From IMG/VR virus record IMGVR_UViG_3300038336_000112, positions 1 through 45,184 of that record: a stretch of DNA of 45,184 bases; one strand, written 5' to 3'. This DNA comes from a virus. Lineage: Duplodnaviria > Caudoviricetes. The position numbers and the translations under genes were made by a program. The notes under the pieces are model-generated. The model did not search any database. It was given only the letters and a program-made list of their open reading frames with translations, and was not told the origin of the DNA. Shown in pieces: positions 8,822 through 18,511 of this stretch (the first letter of the stretch is position 1; each line of letters starts with the position of its first letter).

Positions 8822-9828
8822 TTTTTGCTGTTGCAGGTTCAGGGAAGACTACATATATTGTTGAATCAATAAATGAAGAAGATCGTTTCCTCGTTATAAC
8901 TTACACTGTAAATAATTTAAGAAATATTTCAGCTTCTATTAAGAGGAAATTTGGATACTTCCCGCAAAATATAGAAATCTATACATATTTTAAATTTCTT
9001 TATTCATTTTGTTTCGCACCATTTCTTGCATATGAGTTAGATGCAAGAGGCTTATTCCTAGATTTCCCACCACGGAATACATTAAAATTTAGACGAACAG
9101 ACCCTAGGTATTATCAAACAACTGACGGGAAATTGTTTAAGAATCGGTTGGCAAAACTTCTTGAGGTTAAGGATGTAATACCTGAAATCATTAAACGTTT
9201 AGAAAAATACTATGATTATCTTTACATTGATGAGGTGCAGGACTTTGGGGGTCATGATTTTAATTTCCTAGAATCAATTCTCCAAACATCAGTTGGAGTG
9301 TTAATGGTAGGTGACTTTTATCAACATACCTTTGATACCAGTAGAGATGCCAAAATTAATGAGGGGCTCCATGATGATTATATTTCATATATATCTAGGT
9401 TTCAAAAGATTGGGATACAGTTCGATACAACGACATTAAGTAATAGCTATAGATGTAGCCCTCAGATATGTAATTTTATTACTTCAAACCTTGGAATTAA
9501 AATAGAATCTCATCGGACAGATCAAACTCATGTGTATGAAATCTCGGATTATGACAATGCTAAAAAGATATTTAGTGACAATTCAATAATTAAGTTGTTC
9601 TATCAGAGAAGTGATAAGTACCTAGGCTTTACCAGAAATTGGGGAGATTGTAAAGGCGAAGATTGCTATGAAGATGTTTGCGTTCTATTAAATGCAACGA
9701 CATATTCACTTTATCAAAAAAGGGAATTATATAAATCAGCTCCTTTGACAAGAAATAAGCTCTATGTCGCATTTTCCCGAACTAGAAACAATCTCTATAT
9801 ACTTCCAGAAACCTTGATAAGCAAATAG
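8806..9828 (+). CDS. gajB: Compact UvrD/SF1 helicase-like protein (GajB-like)
   Basis: AVAGSGKTT, YIDEVQD, VGDFYQ, SYRC, LYVAFSRTR; TTG start overlapping the OLD gene stop. Confidence 0.78.
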   Translation: MDKKIIFAVAGSGKTTYIVESINEEDRFLVITYTVNNLRNISASIKRKFGYFPQNIEIYTYFKFLYSFCFAPFLAYELDARGLFLDFPPRNTLKFRRTDPRYYQTTDGKLFKNRLAKLLEVKDVIPEIIKRLEKYYDYLYIDEVQDFGGHDFNFLESILQTSVGVLMVGDFYQHTFDTSRDAKINEGLHDDYISYISRFQKIGIQFDTTTLSNSYRCSPQICNFITSNLGIKIESHRTDQTHVYEISDYDNAKKIFSDNSIIKLFYQRSDKYLGFTRNWGDCKGEDCYEDVCVLLNATTYSLYQKRELYKSAPLTRNKLYVAFSRTRNNLYILPETLISK

Positions 9829-9868
9829 TTTATTGTTTGGCGCCAGGAACAGGAAAGCATGAGCTTCA

Positions 9869-11356
9869 TTAATTATCATAATCAGACAAGAATAAAGGAA
9901 TAGCAACTTCAACGTTTTTATGGAGTTTCTTTTCTTCCACATGAACTGATAATGATAGATAGATCACGGCTTCTCTTATATATCGCAAGAGTCTAAAAGT
10001 CTTTTCTGAAAGTTCGAATTCTGTCACCGAAAAAGCTAGAGTATCATTGCATAAATCTCCTTCAGTTTCATCTAGTTTAAACCAATGTATTTTGCAATAC
10101 TTATGTTCAAGATTATTCCTTAAATCGTAAATTCTTTTTGCATCAGGATCTGCAACCTCAAGATACTCCATATCTTTTCCATCATTTGAAAACAAATCTT
10201 TACTTAAGAAATACAACCCTCTTAATGGATTATTGTTCAATCCCTCTATGTTAGGATCAATTTGATTATTTCTATACCAAACATTTTTAAAGTAAACTTT
10301 ATTCTTATCCTTCCCTAATCTTAAATATTCATTTAGGAAGTATCCAATTTTGTCAAACAAGGAGTATAGCATCTTAAATGAGTTTTTTAACTGCTCATAT
10401 CTAAATCCATACTGGGGATAATCAAATGTATCAACTAGGCATCTGCCTTTATCCGAGAAATGAATGCCTTCCCCAGATAATTCATGTTCATAGCAATAGA
10501 ATAAATACCTAGCAGTCAAATACTCTTGTTTTATTTGATTATAAAACCCTTGGAAAACAGGTGCTGAAAAATCTCGTACAAGCATACTCGGGAGTGAAGT
10601 AACATCATGAGCAATCGCTGTATCAAAGAATAAATCATTTAGAGGGTTAAGGAATAAACCGTTGTCAAGAACCCATTTTTTATAAGATTTTTCCTGATCA
10701 GTCTTCCCTAATGAGTACTTCTTAAACTCATTCCTTTTTGATAAAAAACTTTCCCCAAGTTTTTTCTTAATGGCTTCTACACCTGAATCGAATACTGTTT
10801 GTGCTTCTTTAGGAATATTGGGCTGACTTGAATAGGTTCGAAGTAATCTATACGCATGTCGCAAAACTAATGCTTCATGATTTGTATCATATAGATAACT
10901 AGCATAATAAATTAATCCATGGCCATAATTACATCCAGCCATCCCAAATGTTGGCTCAATCTCCAATGCATTTTTCCAACACTCGATAGCATAAATAATT
11001 CGTCCTGATACAGAAAACATGTTTCCGAGATTTGTATATGCCTGAAGAAAAATATTTTTTCTAATATGATCGGAAATATTGTTTGTTGAAACACATCTTC
11101 TAAATGATTTTATTGCATTGATATGTTCATTACGATTATAAGCCCATAAACCTTGCGATGTTGAGGAACGTATCTTATCCAAATCTGCCCAAGCATTACC
11201 GATATAATATTCAAGAACAGCAAGGTCATCCGGTGTATTGCAATTATCTCTAATTGATTCTGCACTACTTATGCAATCATAAAGTGCTTTTTCATTTTTC
11301 TCCTCGTAAGATTTATCTATTAGCTTACCAATTTGAATAATATCTCCATTTATCAA
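9869..11356 (-). CDS. TPR-containing HEPN protein (LA2681-like)
   Basis: TPR-like AYTNLGNMF...AIECWKNALEIEP; C-terminal FLNPLND, YSLFDKIGYFLNEY and RNNLEH (R-x4-H). Confidence 0.78.
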   Translation of the reverse strand: MINGDIIQIGKLIDKSYEEKNEKALYDCISSAESIRDNCNTPDDLAVLEYYIGNAWADLDKIRSSTSQGLWAYNRNEHINAIKSFRRCVSTNNISDHIRKNIFLQAYTNLGNMFSVSGRIIYAIECWKNALEIEPTFGMAGCNYGHGLIYYASYLYDTNHEALVLRHAYRLLRTYSSQPNIPKEAQTVFDSGVEAIKKKLGESFLSKRNEFKKYSLGKTDQEKSYKKWVLDNGLFLNPLNDLFFDTAIAHDVTSLPSMLVRDFSAPVFQGFYNQIKQEYLTARYLFYCYEHELSGEGIHFSDKGRCLVDTFDYPQYGFRYEQLKNSFKMLYSLFDKIGYFLNEYLRLGKDKNKVYFKNVWYRNNQIDPNIEGLNNNPLRGLYFLSKDLFSNDGKDMEYLEVADPDAKRIYDLRNNLEHKYCKIHWFKLDETEGDLCNDTLAFSVTEFELSEKTFRLLRYIREAVIYLSLSVHVEEKKLHKNVEVAIPLFLSDYDN

Positions 11357-11501
11357 TCGCGCACCCCTTGTTGTGAGTTAGCTTTGCATCAAAATCTATT
11401 CATCATAAATCTCCATACTGAAAAATAATACATATTTAAACTTCAGAAATGATGTATTGAACTCTTTCAAGTTAAGCCTCATCTTTCACTCTTCGCGCAT
11501 C

Positions 11502-14153
11502 TTATAACTCCCTAAATTGTCTTGCCAATTGTATAAATGAGGAATTAGGCAGGACTTGTTTGGAGGGAATAAACAGGTATTGCCATTCCTTGTAGTTATT
11601 GGCATTTCCCCACCGAGAAGCTACTTCACAATACTGGATTCCTCGTTTCTTCTTTGCTATAACATCAGGATCATTCAATCGATCCTCACCTTTCACCTCT
11701 ACAAGATATATAACATCTTTGGTCTCAACCACGAAGTCTGGTTCATAGATGTGACCATGATTATACGTGATGTTGAACTCTTGTGGCATCGGGCGTAGCC
11801 AATTTATAACATCGCTGTCAACCTCGAGGATTCTTCCGAGTACCAATTCAGGATGGCTATCAAACTTAGCAGTATCAAAAACACCTTTCTTTATTCCTTC
11901 AAAGAGAACGGATTGGATTTTCTCTGAATAACTTTCATCAAATAAATTGCTGCGTTCTTTATAGTTGTAGGTTTGTTGAAGATTGTAGTTCCGAGTTCCA
12001 ACAACCTCTTCCTGGAAAAAACCATTTTCACAGTAGAAGTGTTGCATCATTTGATCATATATTTTTTTTGCAATGTCTCGCTTGAACATCATGACGATAT
12101 TCTTCATTCCGTTCATTCCAAACTTATTCTCATAATGGCTACAAAGCTGGGATATTAGCTTAAAAAGCAGCGCGGCGCATTTCTCGTAATCAATTTCAGG
12201 TTTCTTTCTAAGCTCTTCAAGAATGACCTTCTGTGGGTTATAACCTTCAAAATCAATGGTATCACCTTTGATGCGTTGCCTGTCATGCATATCTTCAAGA
12301 TTTTGAATAATCATCTCATTCTTGATTGGTGCATGCGTAAACTCAGAAAGGTCTAGATTAAAGTCAATAAAAACATACTCTTCAACCCCAGCATCAGTAA
12401 TTTTTATCCTTGGTATGGGGATGAACTTCGACTGGGCAGCACGATGCGTTCTTTCCGTATGCTCTTGTAGCCATAGGTCAAAAGGCATCTCGTTTTCTTT
12501 GTAGATATCAGCCAGGTCTTTATCCTGTGATAGTTGATTCTTAACATTTTCAATGATCTGTTCTTTCTGGTCTAAGGTGATGTTATGTGTTGGTGTATCT
12601 TGGATGATTTTAACAACTTCTTCACTAACAAGTTCTTCCGCCTTACGGAACATAGCGTCAGCAGTCTCGGATTTTTCAATATTTGTTTGGCTGTATGCTG
12701 TCTCTAACATTTCGTCCGATTCATTTTCCAACGTCAACTGAGTAACTGAGATTTTTTCCGGTACGATTTCTTCAGCTTTAATGATGTTCCCAGCCTTGAA
12801 TATTGAATCTCCTTTCTGTGCCTCTCTCAGGAGCTCCTGGAATTTGTCGTGCGCGGTGAGCATGACTGCATCAACTTCCTTATCACCGGTACGCTCACCA
12901 TACGGTAAACGTAAACCACGCCCCACCATTTGCTCACGTAAAATCTTTGAAGCAGCGGTTCGTAATGGAACGATAGTATACAGATTGTTCACATCCCATC
13001 CTTCCTTGAGCATGTTCACATGTATGACAATCTCAACAGGATTATTAGGGTTCTCTACATCGAGCAGAAGCCGGGTATTTGTATCACTTTCCGACCCTTT
13101 CTGTTTGGAGTGGACAATTATGGTTTTATTGCTGTAAATACCATCATGGAATTCATCTGACTTCACAAACCTTTCAACCCAAGCTGCATGCTCTGTGTCT
13201 TTACAAACGATAAGCATGAATGGTTTGACTTCCGGTCTATTATGATTAGCTGCGTAGACTTTCAATTTGAGTCTTGCATTCTCGTGGCAGGCAATACCAT
13301 CGAGAAGCATCAACTTGTCGAGTTGTTCCTCACCAAAATTAAAAAAATCAATATCGGTACGAGTTACAGCAAATGGGGTGCGTGTATAGCCATCTTCGAT
13401 AGCCTTGGACAACGGATATTCATATACTATATTCTTGAACGGCACCTGTTTGCTTCCATTTGGAACGAGTGGAGTGGCAGTTAACTCAATACCAAAGAGT
13501 GGATGCAATTCATTAAGTGCCTGAGCTCCTTTCGCTGCCCGATAATGGTGTGATTCATCCATAATGAGCACCAAATCATCCAAATTGGAAAGGAATCGAT
13601 AGAACGAATCTCCTATGGTCTCGCTGACCTTCTTCATATTTGCATCCTCTTTATTGAATTTATCAATATTGAAAACAAAAATATGGATATCAGAATCAAA
13701 TAGCATCAGAGGTTTTTCCTTGTAATCCTCATCGGCAATTATCTGCGGTGGATTACTGAAGCAACCAAGTCCATTGAATACATATTTATGGTAACTAGGG
13801 TCGATCAAATCCTTTTTCAGTTTCTCATAGATCGTTGTATTCGGCGCAACGACAAAAAAGTTCTTAATATTGTGTTGCGTATATAAGTAGGCGATAAATG
13901 CTCCCATTAGCCGAGTCTTGCCAACGCCGGTAGCCAAAGCAAACGCTAGCGACACAAAGTCTCGTTCAAAATCTGTGCATATCGGATACAGGGCATGAAC
14001 AGCCCCGAGAGCTGCCTTCAAATTCATGCCTTTCCGCAATGTTAAGCTTGTGGTGATCTCCTCAAGTATCTTTAATGATTCTGTTTGTGGCCTACGAAGA
14101 GACATCACACCACTAATATAGTCGGTGGTATAGTGAGGATAACGGTTACTCAT
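11502..14153 (-). CDS. res: Type III restriction endonuclease/helicase subunit
   Basis: LATGVGKT, MDESHH, LTATP, LKEGWD, QMVGRGLR; C-terminal PDFVV...EVKG nuclease; ATG at 14153 overlaps mod stop. Confidence 0.88.
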   Translation of the reverse strand: MSNRYPHYTTDYISGVMSLRRPQTESLKILEEITTSLTLRKGMNLKAALGAVHALYPICTDFERDFVSLAFALATGVGKTRLMGAFIAYLYTQHNIKNFFVVAPNTTIYEKLKKDLIDPSYHKYVFNGLGCFSNPPQIIADEDYKEKPLMLFDSDIHIFVFNIDKFNKEDANMKKVSETIGDSFYRFLSNLDDLVLIMDESHHYRAAKGAQALNELHPLFGIELTATPLVPNGSKQVPFKNIVYEYPLSKAIEDGYTRTPFAVTRTDIDFFNFGEEQLDKLMLLDGIACHENARLKLKVYAANHNRPEVKPFMLIVCKDTEHAAWVERFVKSDEFHDGIYSNKTIIVHSKQKGSESDTNTRLLLDVENPNNPVEIVIHVNMLKEGWDVNNLYTIVPLRTAASKILREQMVGRGLRLPYGERTGDKEVDAVMLTAHDKFQELLREAQKGDSIFKAGNIIKAEEIVPEKISVTQLTLENESDEMLETAYSQTNIEKSETADAMFRKAEELVSEEVVKIIQDTPTHNITLDQKEQIIENVKNQLSQDKDLADIYKENEMPFDLWLQEHTERTHRAAQSKFIPIPRIKITDAGVEEYVFIDFNLDLSEFTHAPIKNEMIIQNLEDMHDRQRIKGDTIDFEGYNPQKVILEELRKKPEIDYEKCAALLFKLISQLCSHYENKFGMNGMKNIVMMFKRDIAKKIYDQMMQHFYCENGFFQEEVVGTRNYNLQQTYNYKERSNLFDESYSEKIQSVLFEGIKKGVFDTAKFDSHPELVLGRILEVDSDVINWLRPMPQEFNITYNHGHIYEPDFVVETKDVIYLVEVKGEDRLNDPDVIAKKKRGIQYCEVASRWGNANNYKEWQYLFIPSKQVLPNSSFIQLARQFREL

Positions 14154-15735
14154 TGCATTCCACCTCCATATCATCCTCATATACAGGAGGATGAATGATA
14201 TTCAGATTATAATCTGTTCTACCGAATTCACATCGGTCGAGGAGCATTTGCGGTATCTTCTTTAAAGAAATATGCTTATAAGCGCTTTCTAGCCCTGCAT
14301 CAAAGGATCGGCAAGCGATTATAAGATACTCATTTTCTTCCATAGTATCTTTAATGGAATCTAGATAAGTACTGTTCATGTGACGTGTGGTAACAAAGAG
14401 AAATGACTTCTCATTGCCCACGGATTGCTTCCAGAACAGGTCGTTATCCGGTTGATATTCAAAACCCTCGTGAAGAGCCACCGCCGCGGCCAACATTTCT
14501 GCGCTATACTCTGTATTTATCACAGGCTCCCCGAAAGAATCTGTGTTGATGAGGGTGGGTGCGAGCTCAAAAAATCGGTACCCTCCACCACCTTTCCAAG
14601 AGACAGACTTTGTGATCCCCCCCTTATCTTTTCCAGCAACAACTTTATCAAGTCGTACTTTACAGTGGGTATATGCATGTTCTCCCATCTCAATCCCAAT
14701 CCACCGCCTACCCATTTTGTGGGCGACTGCTGCTGTAGTTCCAGAGCCAAGAAAGGAGTCAAGCACAAGGTCATTTTGATTTGTTGCGATATGAATTATT
14801 CGTTGTAATAATCGTTCTGGTTTTGGGGTATCAAAAGCGTTTGCAGCACCAAAAAGAGCGATAACTTCTTTCTTTGCTTCTTGATTGTGTCCCACTTCTT
14901 TATTCGTCCACCAGGTCCAAGGGACTACTCCTTCACGTTCATATAAATACGTCTTCCTCCTAGGAATACCCCTTCCATCCTTACCGAACCACATTCTTCC
15001 ATCTCTTACTTGTTGCAGATACACTTCCTCAACATTTTTCCAACATCGTCCTTCTGGAGGAGTGTATTCAATACCTGCTGGTGTGACAATTTTGTACATT
15101 TGATTCGGTCGAAAACCTTGTGCGGTAAAATCTGAGGAAGTCCAAGGTCCACGGGGGTCCTCATCTGGATTTTTAAAATTTTTAATTTGACTATCATTGA
15201 GAGGAATTTTATTCCGTACATTTTTAAAAACTTCCCTATTTTTCGCATAGGACAAAACATATTCATGACCATCACTTATTACAGCACGCATATCTGGAGA
15301 TGTACGCTTCTGCCAGAGATTAGTAGCCAGGTAGTTATTCCGCCCAAAAACCTCATCACAAAGAACCTTTAAATATGCTTGTTCATCATCATCAATACTG
15401 ATCCAAATGCTTCCATCTGTAGCGAGTAATCTCCATAGAATCTGTAACCGTGGCCGCATAAGATTAAGCCATTGGCTATGTTCCAGATTATCATCATACT
15501 GCTCAAAAGCAGAACCTGTATTATAAGGTGGATCTATATAAATGCATTTGATCTTCCCCGCAAAATTGATTTCTAGCGCCTTGAGTGCCAACAGATTATC
15601 TCCATGGATCAGCATGTTTTCAGTATCAGATTCTGCAAAATTATTTGACATCGTTGCATTCTCAATTAAAATGCGCGGTTCAACGATTATGGGTTCCGCT
15701 TTCCCATACCAAGTCAGTTCCAATTTATTAGCCAT
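14146..15735 (-). CDS. mod: Type III R-M adenine methyltransferase subunit
   Basis: IHGDNL, YIDPPYNTG, TPKPERL, LDSFLGSGTT (beta-class motif order). Confidence 0.9.
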   Translation of the reverse strand: MANKLELTWYGKAEPIIVEPRILIENATMSNNFAESDTENMLIHGDNLLALKALEINFAGKIKCIYIDPPYNTGSAFEQYDDNLEHSQWLNLMRPRLQILWRLLATDGSIWISIDDDEQAYLKVLCDEVFGRNNYLATNLWQKRTSPDMRAVISDGHEYVLSYAKNREVFKNVRNKIPLNDSQIKNFKNPDEDPRGPWTSSDFTAQGFRPNQMYKIVTPAGIEYTPPEGRCWKNVEEVYLQQVRDGRMWFGKDGRGIPRRKTYLYEREGVVPWTWWTNKEVGHNQEAKKEVIALFGAANAFDTPKPERLLQRIIHIATNQNDLVLDSFLGSGTTAAVAHKMGRRWIGIEMGEHAYTHCKVRLDKVVAGKDKGGITKSVSWKGGGGYRFFELAPTLINTDSFGEPVINTEYSAEMLAAAVALHEGFEYQPDNDLFWKQSVGNEKSFLFVTTRHMNSTYLDSIKDTMEENEYLIIACRSFDAGLESAYKHISLKKIPQMLLDRCEFGRTDYNLNIIHPPVYEDDMEVECNE

Positions 15736-15848
15736 TATTTATTCCTGTACCCTTACTGCTATTATTAAAATTACAATCCTCTAATGGATTAATGATGCCA
15801 TGGGATGTTGGTGTAGTTTACATCAATACGAAAATAATCAAGCTCACA

Positions 15849-16031
15849 TTACATAATTACAATTAACAAAAAGAGGATAAGGATCATCACGACCAAAATT
15901 ATCCCGAAGGTCTTCCAGCCGCCAGTAATATTATCCTGTTCAGGATTAGATTTTGGTGATTTAGCTTTAGGCTGTGACCTTGTAGCTTTAACAACTGAAC
16001 GAGCAAAATGATTAACTAGGAATTTACTCAT
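15849..16031 (-). CDS. Small C-terminally anchored membrane protein
   Basis: 60 aa, basic N-terminus, hydrophobic C-terminal helix; GAGGAGAGG upstream. Confidence 0.55.
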   Translation of the reverse strand: MSKFLVNHFARSVVKATRSQPKAKSPKSNPEQDNITGGWKTFGIILVVMILILFLLIVIM

Positions 16032-16500
16032 TACCCTCTCCTCTTCATAATGCTAGATTCAAATTCTTCTAGAGTTTAATTTATTTCACTACCATTACAC
16101 CACATTATTTCCAATTTCGTAAGACCTAGCGCAGAATCCTCACAATTAGGTAGCATTTTTGTACCTACATGGCCTAAAGGTCCATTTACTTTCCATCGAA
16201 ATAGGTCCCAATAACTATACAACTAATCAGCAATAACACAATATGGACAAGGGTTCTAAAGAAAAGGGATTCCAATCTATCGCAAGATCTGTTTAAGTGG
16301 AGAATTGAAGGATTCTCAATTACTTCGCTTAGCAAAAATCCTGAATCTGATCCTTGAATATCCTATGAGGCAGATGTGGGATTAATACTAATGTGAAACA
16401 ATAGAAAAGCCAGTATTAGGCAAGTCCCTTTCTTTCAATCCAAGTGTCATGCCCTGATATACCCCCATCTGCGCTCTTGAATCTTAACACATTCAATAAA

Positions 16501-17901
16501 CTAGAAGGGAATATCATTATCAAATCTAACTTTTTCGTCGTCCTCAGGCAATCCAAGTACCTCTCTATACGTCTTAAGGAGCTTGTTCTGGAGATACACC
16601 GTTGGCTCTCCGCACTGTTCACAGAACCTTGAGTCGGGAAGATTCTCGTGGGATTGGCTATCATGCAAATTTCCGTAATCGTCCTCCCATTGAGCAGGTA
16701 TGCATCTGTTAACCAATGGCAATCCACAAATCCGACAATAGGTGGCATCAGCACTGAATTCTTCGTTCTGGCACCGTGGGCATTCCTTGACTTTATTTGT
16801 TTTCCGATCGTATTTGATCTCGGACTTGTATATCATCGAGAAGTCTCCTTCAGTATATTTTTCTAAGCTTTGTTTTATCTGTAAATGGTATTCGCTATCT
16901 TTGAATGCAGTAGGTTTCCCGCATGCATAGCAATGTTTCGCTTCAGGATGATTGAGATGCGACGGATCATGTGTACATGGATTTGTTAACGGAGTACCGC
17001 ATATCCTGCAGTATCCAGCGTCTTCTGAGAAAATCTCATTTCCACAGACAGGACATGGGGAAAATTGTGTGTGAAAATTCACACCAAGATCCCTGTAGCT
17101 GAATCCTGAATCATTAATCTTGAACGTAAATTGCTTTCTGCCACACTCGAAGCAATGGGAGGCCCCCGGTAGCCGTACCCATCCACAATGGGAGCAATAC
17201 CAGGTTGCAGCATGTTTAATGTGTTTCGTGGATTCCCAATCTATCTTTGAAGTACTGTACTTGTTGATATCTGCCTGCAGCAACCCAATCCTGGCTTTTG
17301 CGGCAGGAGACGAGATGTCGAATGCTTTCTCGATCAAGGATTCCGCACTGAAGCGAGCCTTTAAGTTCGAGGTAACCGGAGTCTGTTGGATAACTACCCA
17401 ACCTTCGCTTCCATCAGCAACTTTTGAGATGCCGTGACTATCCAAGAGCCGTTCGGTATGGTAGGCGGGACAAAGAAGGTTTCTGGCAAAGCAATTCGCT
17501 TCGTTCTCTAAGCGCTTATAAAGCTCTTGCCCCACTCCTCCCCTCTCAAGTATGGGTTTGCCATATTCTTCATGGTGGCCGAGAAAGATGTGTCCGATCT
17601 CGTGTGCAATGGTAAACCGAATACGTTGCTTCTTCTTTTTTTCATTATAGTAGACGATGTATTTGCCACATCTCTCATCCATAACAGCGGCACCATCCTC
17701 TGATCCAAAAAACTTGAAGCAGTTCTTTTGGGATATACCTGATTGCTCCATAAGTTTTCCATAAGAACAAAACTCAAACAAATTATGGAATTGATGTTGA
17801 ATAGCATGCAGACTCACCGGAAATCGGTCGATGCCGGAGTCCTCAAGTACGATCAAGGCTTCAATTATGGGTTGTTGGTAATCTGGATACAGTCGCATCA
17901 A
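16501..17901 (-). CDS. ImmA/IrrE-family Zn metallopeptidase with C-terminal zinc-ribbon repeats
   Basis: RFTIAHEIGH (HExxH), ENEANCFARNLL; many CxxC pairs in the C-terminal half; overlaps the repressor stop. Confidence 0.88.
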   Translation of the reverse strand: MMRLYPDYQQPIIEALIVLEDSGIDRFPVSLHAIQHQFHNLFEFCSYGKLMEQSGISQKNCFKFFGSEDGAAVMDERCGKYIVYYNEKKKKQRIRFTIAHEIGHIFLGHHEEYGKPILERGGVGQELYKRLENEANCFARNLLCPAYHTERLLDSHGISKVADGSEGWVVIQQTPVTSNLKARFSAESLIEKAFDISSPAAKARIGLLQADINKYSTSKIDWESTKHIKHAATWYCSHCGWVRLPGASHCFECGRKQFTFKINDSGFSYRDLGVNFHTQFSPCPVCGNEIFSEDAGYCRICGTPLTNPCTHDPSHLNHPEAKHCYACGKPTAFKDSEYHLQIKQSLEKYTEGDFSMIYKSEIKYDRKTNKVKECPRCQNEEFSADATYCRICGLPLVNRCIPAQWEDDYGNLHDSQSHENLPDSRFCEQCGEPTVYLQNKLLKTYREVLGLPEDDEKVRFDNDIPF

Positions 17902-18287
17902 AAGTCATCAGAAGCCTGGGGCTCGATGACTCCATCGCTATCAGCATCCTGGAAGGCTGTAGCAAAATTGTTTCGTAGGATTTCCATCATCCGCTCCCTA
18001 TCGTCTTCGGACATGGACTTCGACGCACGCGCAATAATCCTGATATCCTTGTCATCATCAATCGTCTTGTTCAAACTGAGAAGGTAATTGTAGTCAATGT
18101 GCAGCGCCTGCGCAATAGCTTTCAGGGTACTCGGATCAGCCACGATATCTGGATTGTTTTCGATTCGTGAGATGGTGGCATGATTGAGGTGTATAGCCCG
18201 GGCAAGTTCCCGTTGGGTCATATCAAGCTTTTCACGTTTTTCCTGAATGACTTTTCCCAATGTGAGTTCGCTTTCGCTCATATCCAT
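17898..18287 (-). CDS. XRE/Cro-C1 HTH repressor (ImmR/CI-like)
   Basis: MTQRELARAIHLNHATISRIEN HTH; coupled to ImmA-like gene; divergent from lytic genes. Confidence 0.9.
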   Translation of the reverse strand: MDMSESELTLGKVIQEKREKLDMTQRELARAIHLNHATISRIENNPDIVADPSTLKAIAQALHIDYNYLLSLNKTIDDDKDIRIIARASKSMSEDDRERMMEILRNNFATAFQDADSDGVIEPQASDDF

Positions 18288-18344
18288 CCCCTTTTCTCTC
18301 GTTATTCACCTTCGATAGCAGTCAAAATGTTCAGTAACAGGTAG

Positions 18345-18373
18345 ATACTACCAAAAATGTTGATTCTAGTCAA
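18345..18373 (-). promoter_or_regulatory. Leftward (repressor) promoter
   Basis: TTGACT(18373-18368)-N17-TAGTAT(18350-18345) with TGn extension; -35 overlaps operator 1. Confidence 0.7.
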
Positions 18374-18511
18374 CATTTTTCAAATCTTCTCATTTTGTGT
18401 TGACTCGAAGCAACAATTATTGTACTTTCACTCTGTTGATTCGATGCAACACCATACCCCCAAAGCCTTCGGGCTGCATTTTTTTGGGGTATGTGTTGCT
18501 TCGAGTCAACA
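18358..18511. promoter_or_regulatory. Four 18-bp palindromic operators TGTTG-N8-CAACA
   Basis: 18358-18375, 18398-18415, 18434-18451, 18494-18511; the fourth is the exact reverse complement of the second. Confidence 0.85.
18400..18428 (+). promoter_or_regulatory. Rightward (early lytic) promoter
   Basis: TTGACT(18400-18405)-N17-TACTTT(18423-18428); -35 lies inside operator 2. Confidence 0.65.

Noticed and set aside
14146-15735. Phase-variable repeat tract in mod
   Set aside because: No simple-sequence repeat tract visible in the gene or upstream
16032-16500. 470-nt gap between the small membrane gene and the ImmA-like gene
   Set aside because: Only weak short hairpins (e.g. TAGGTA...TACCTA); no convincing ORF, repeat or RNA fold seen
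18358-18511. 18-bp repeats as a mini CRISPR array
   Set aside because: Spacing is irregular (22, 18, 42 nt), repeats are palindromic and overlap promoter -35 boxes, which fits operators
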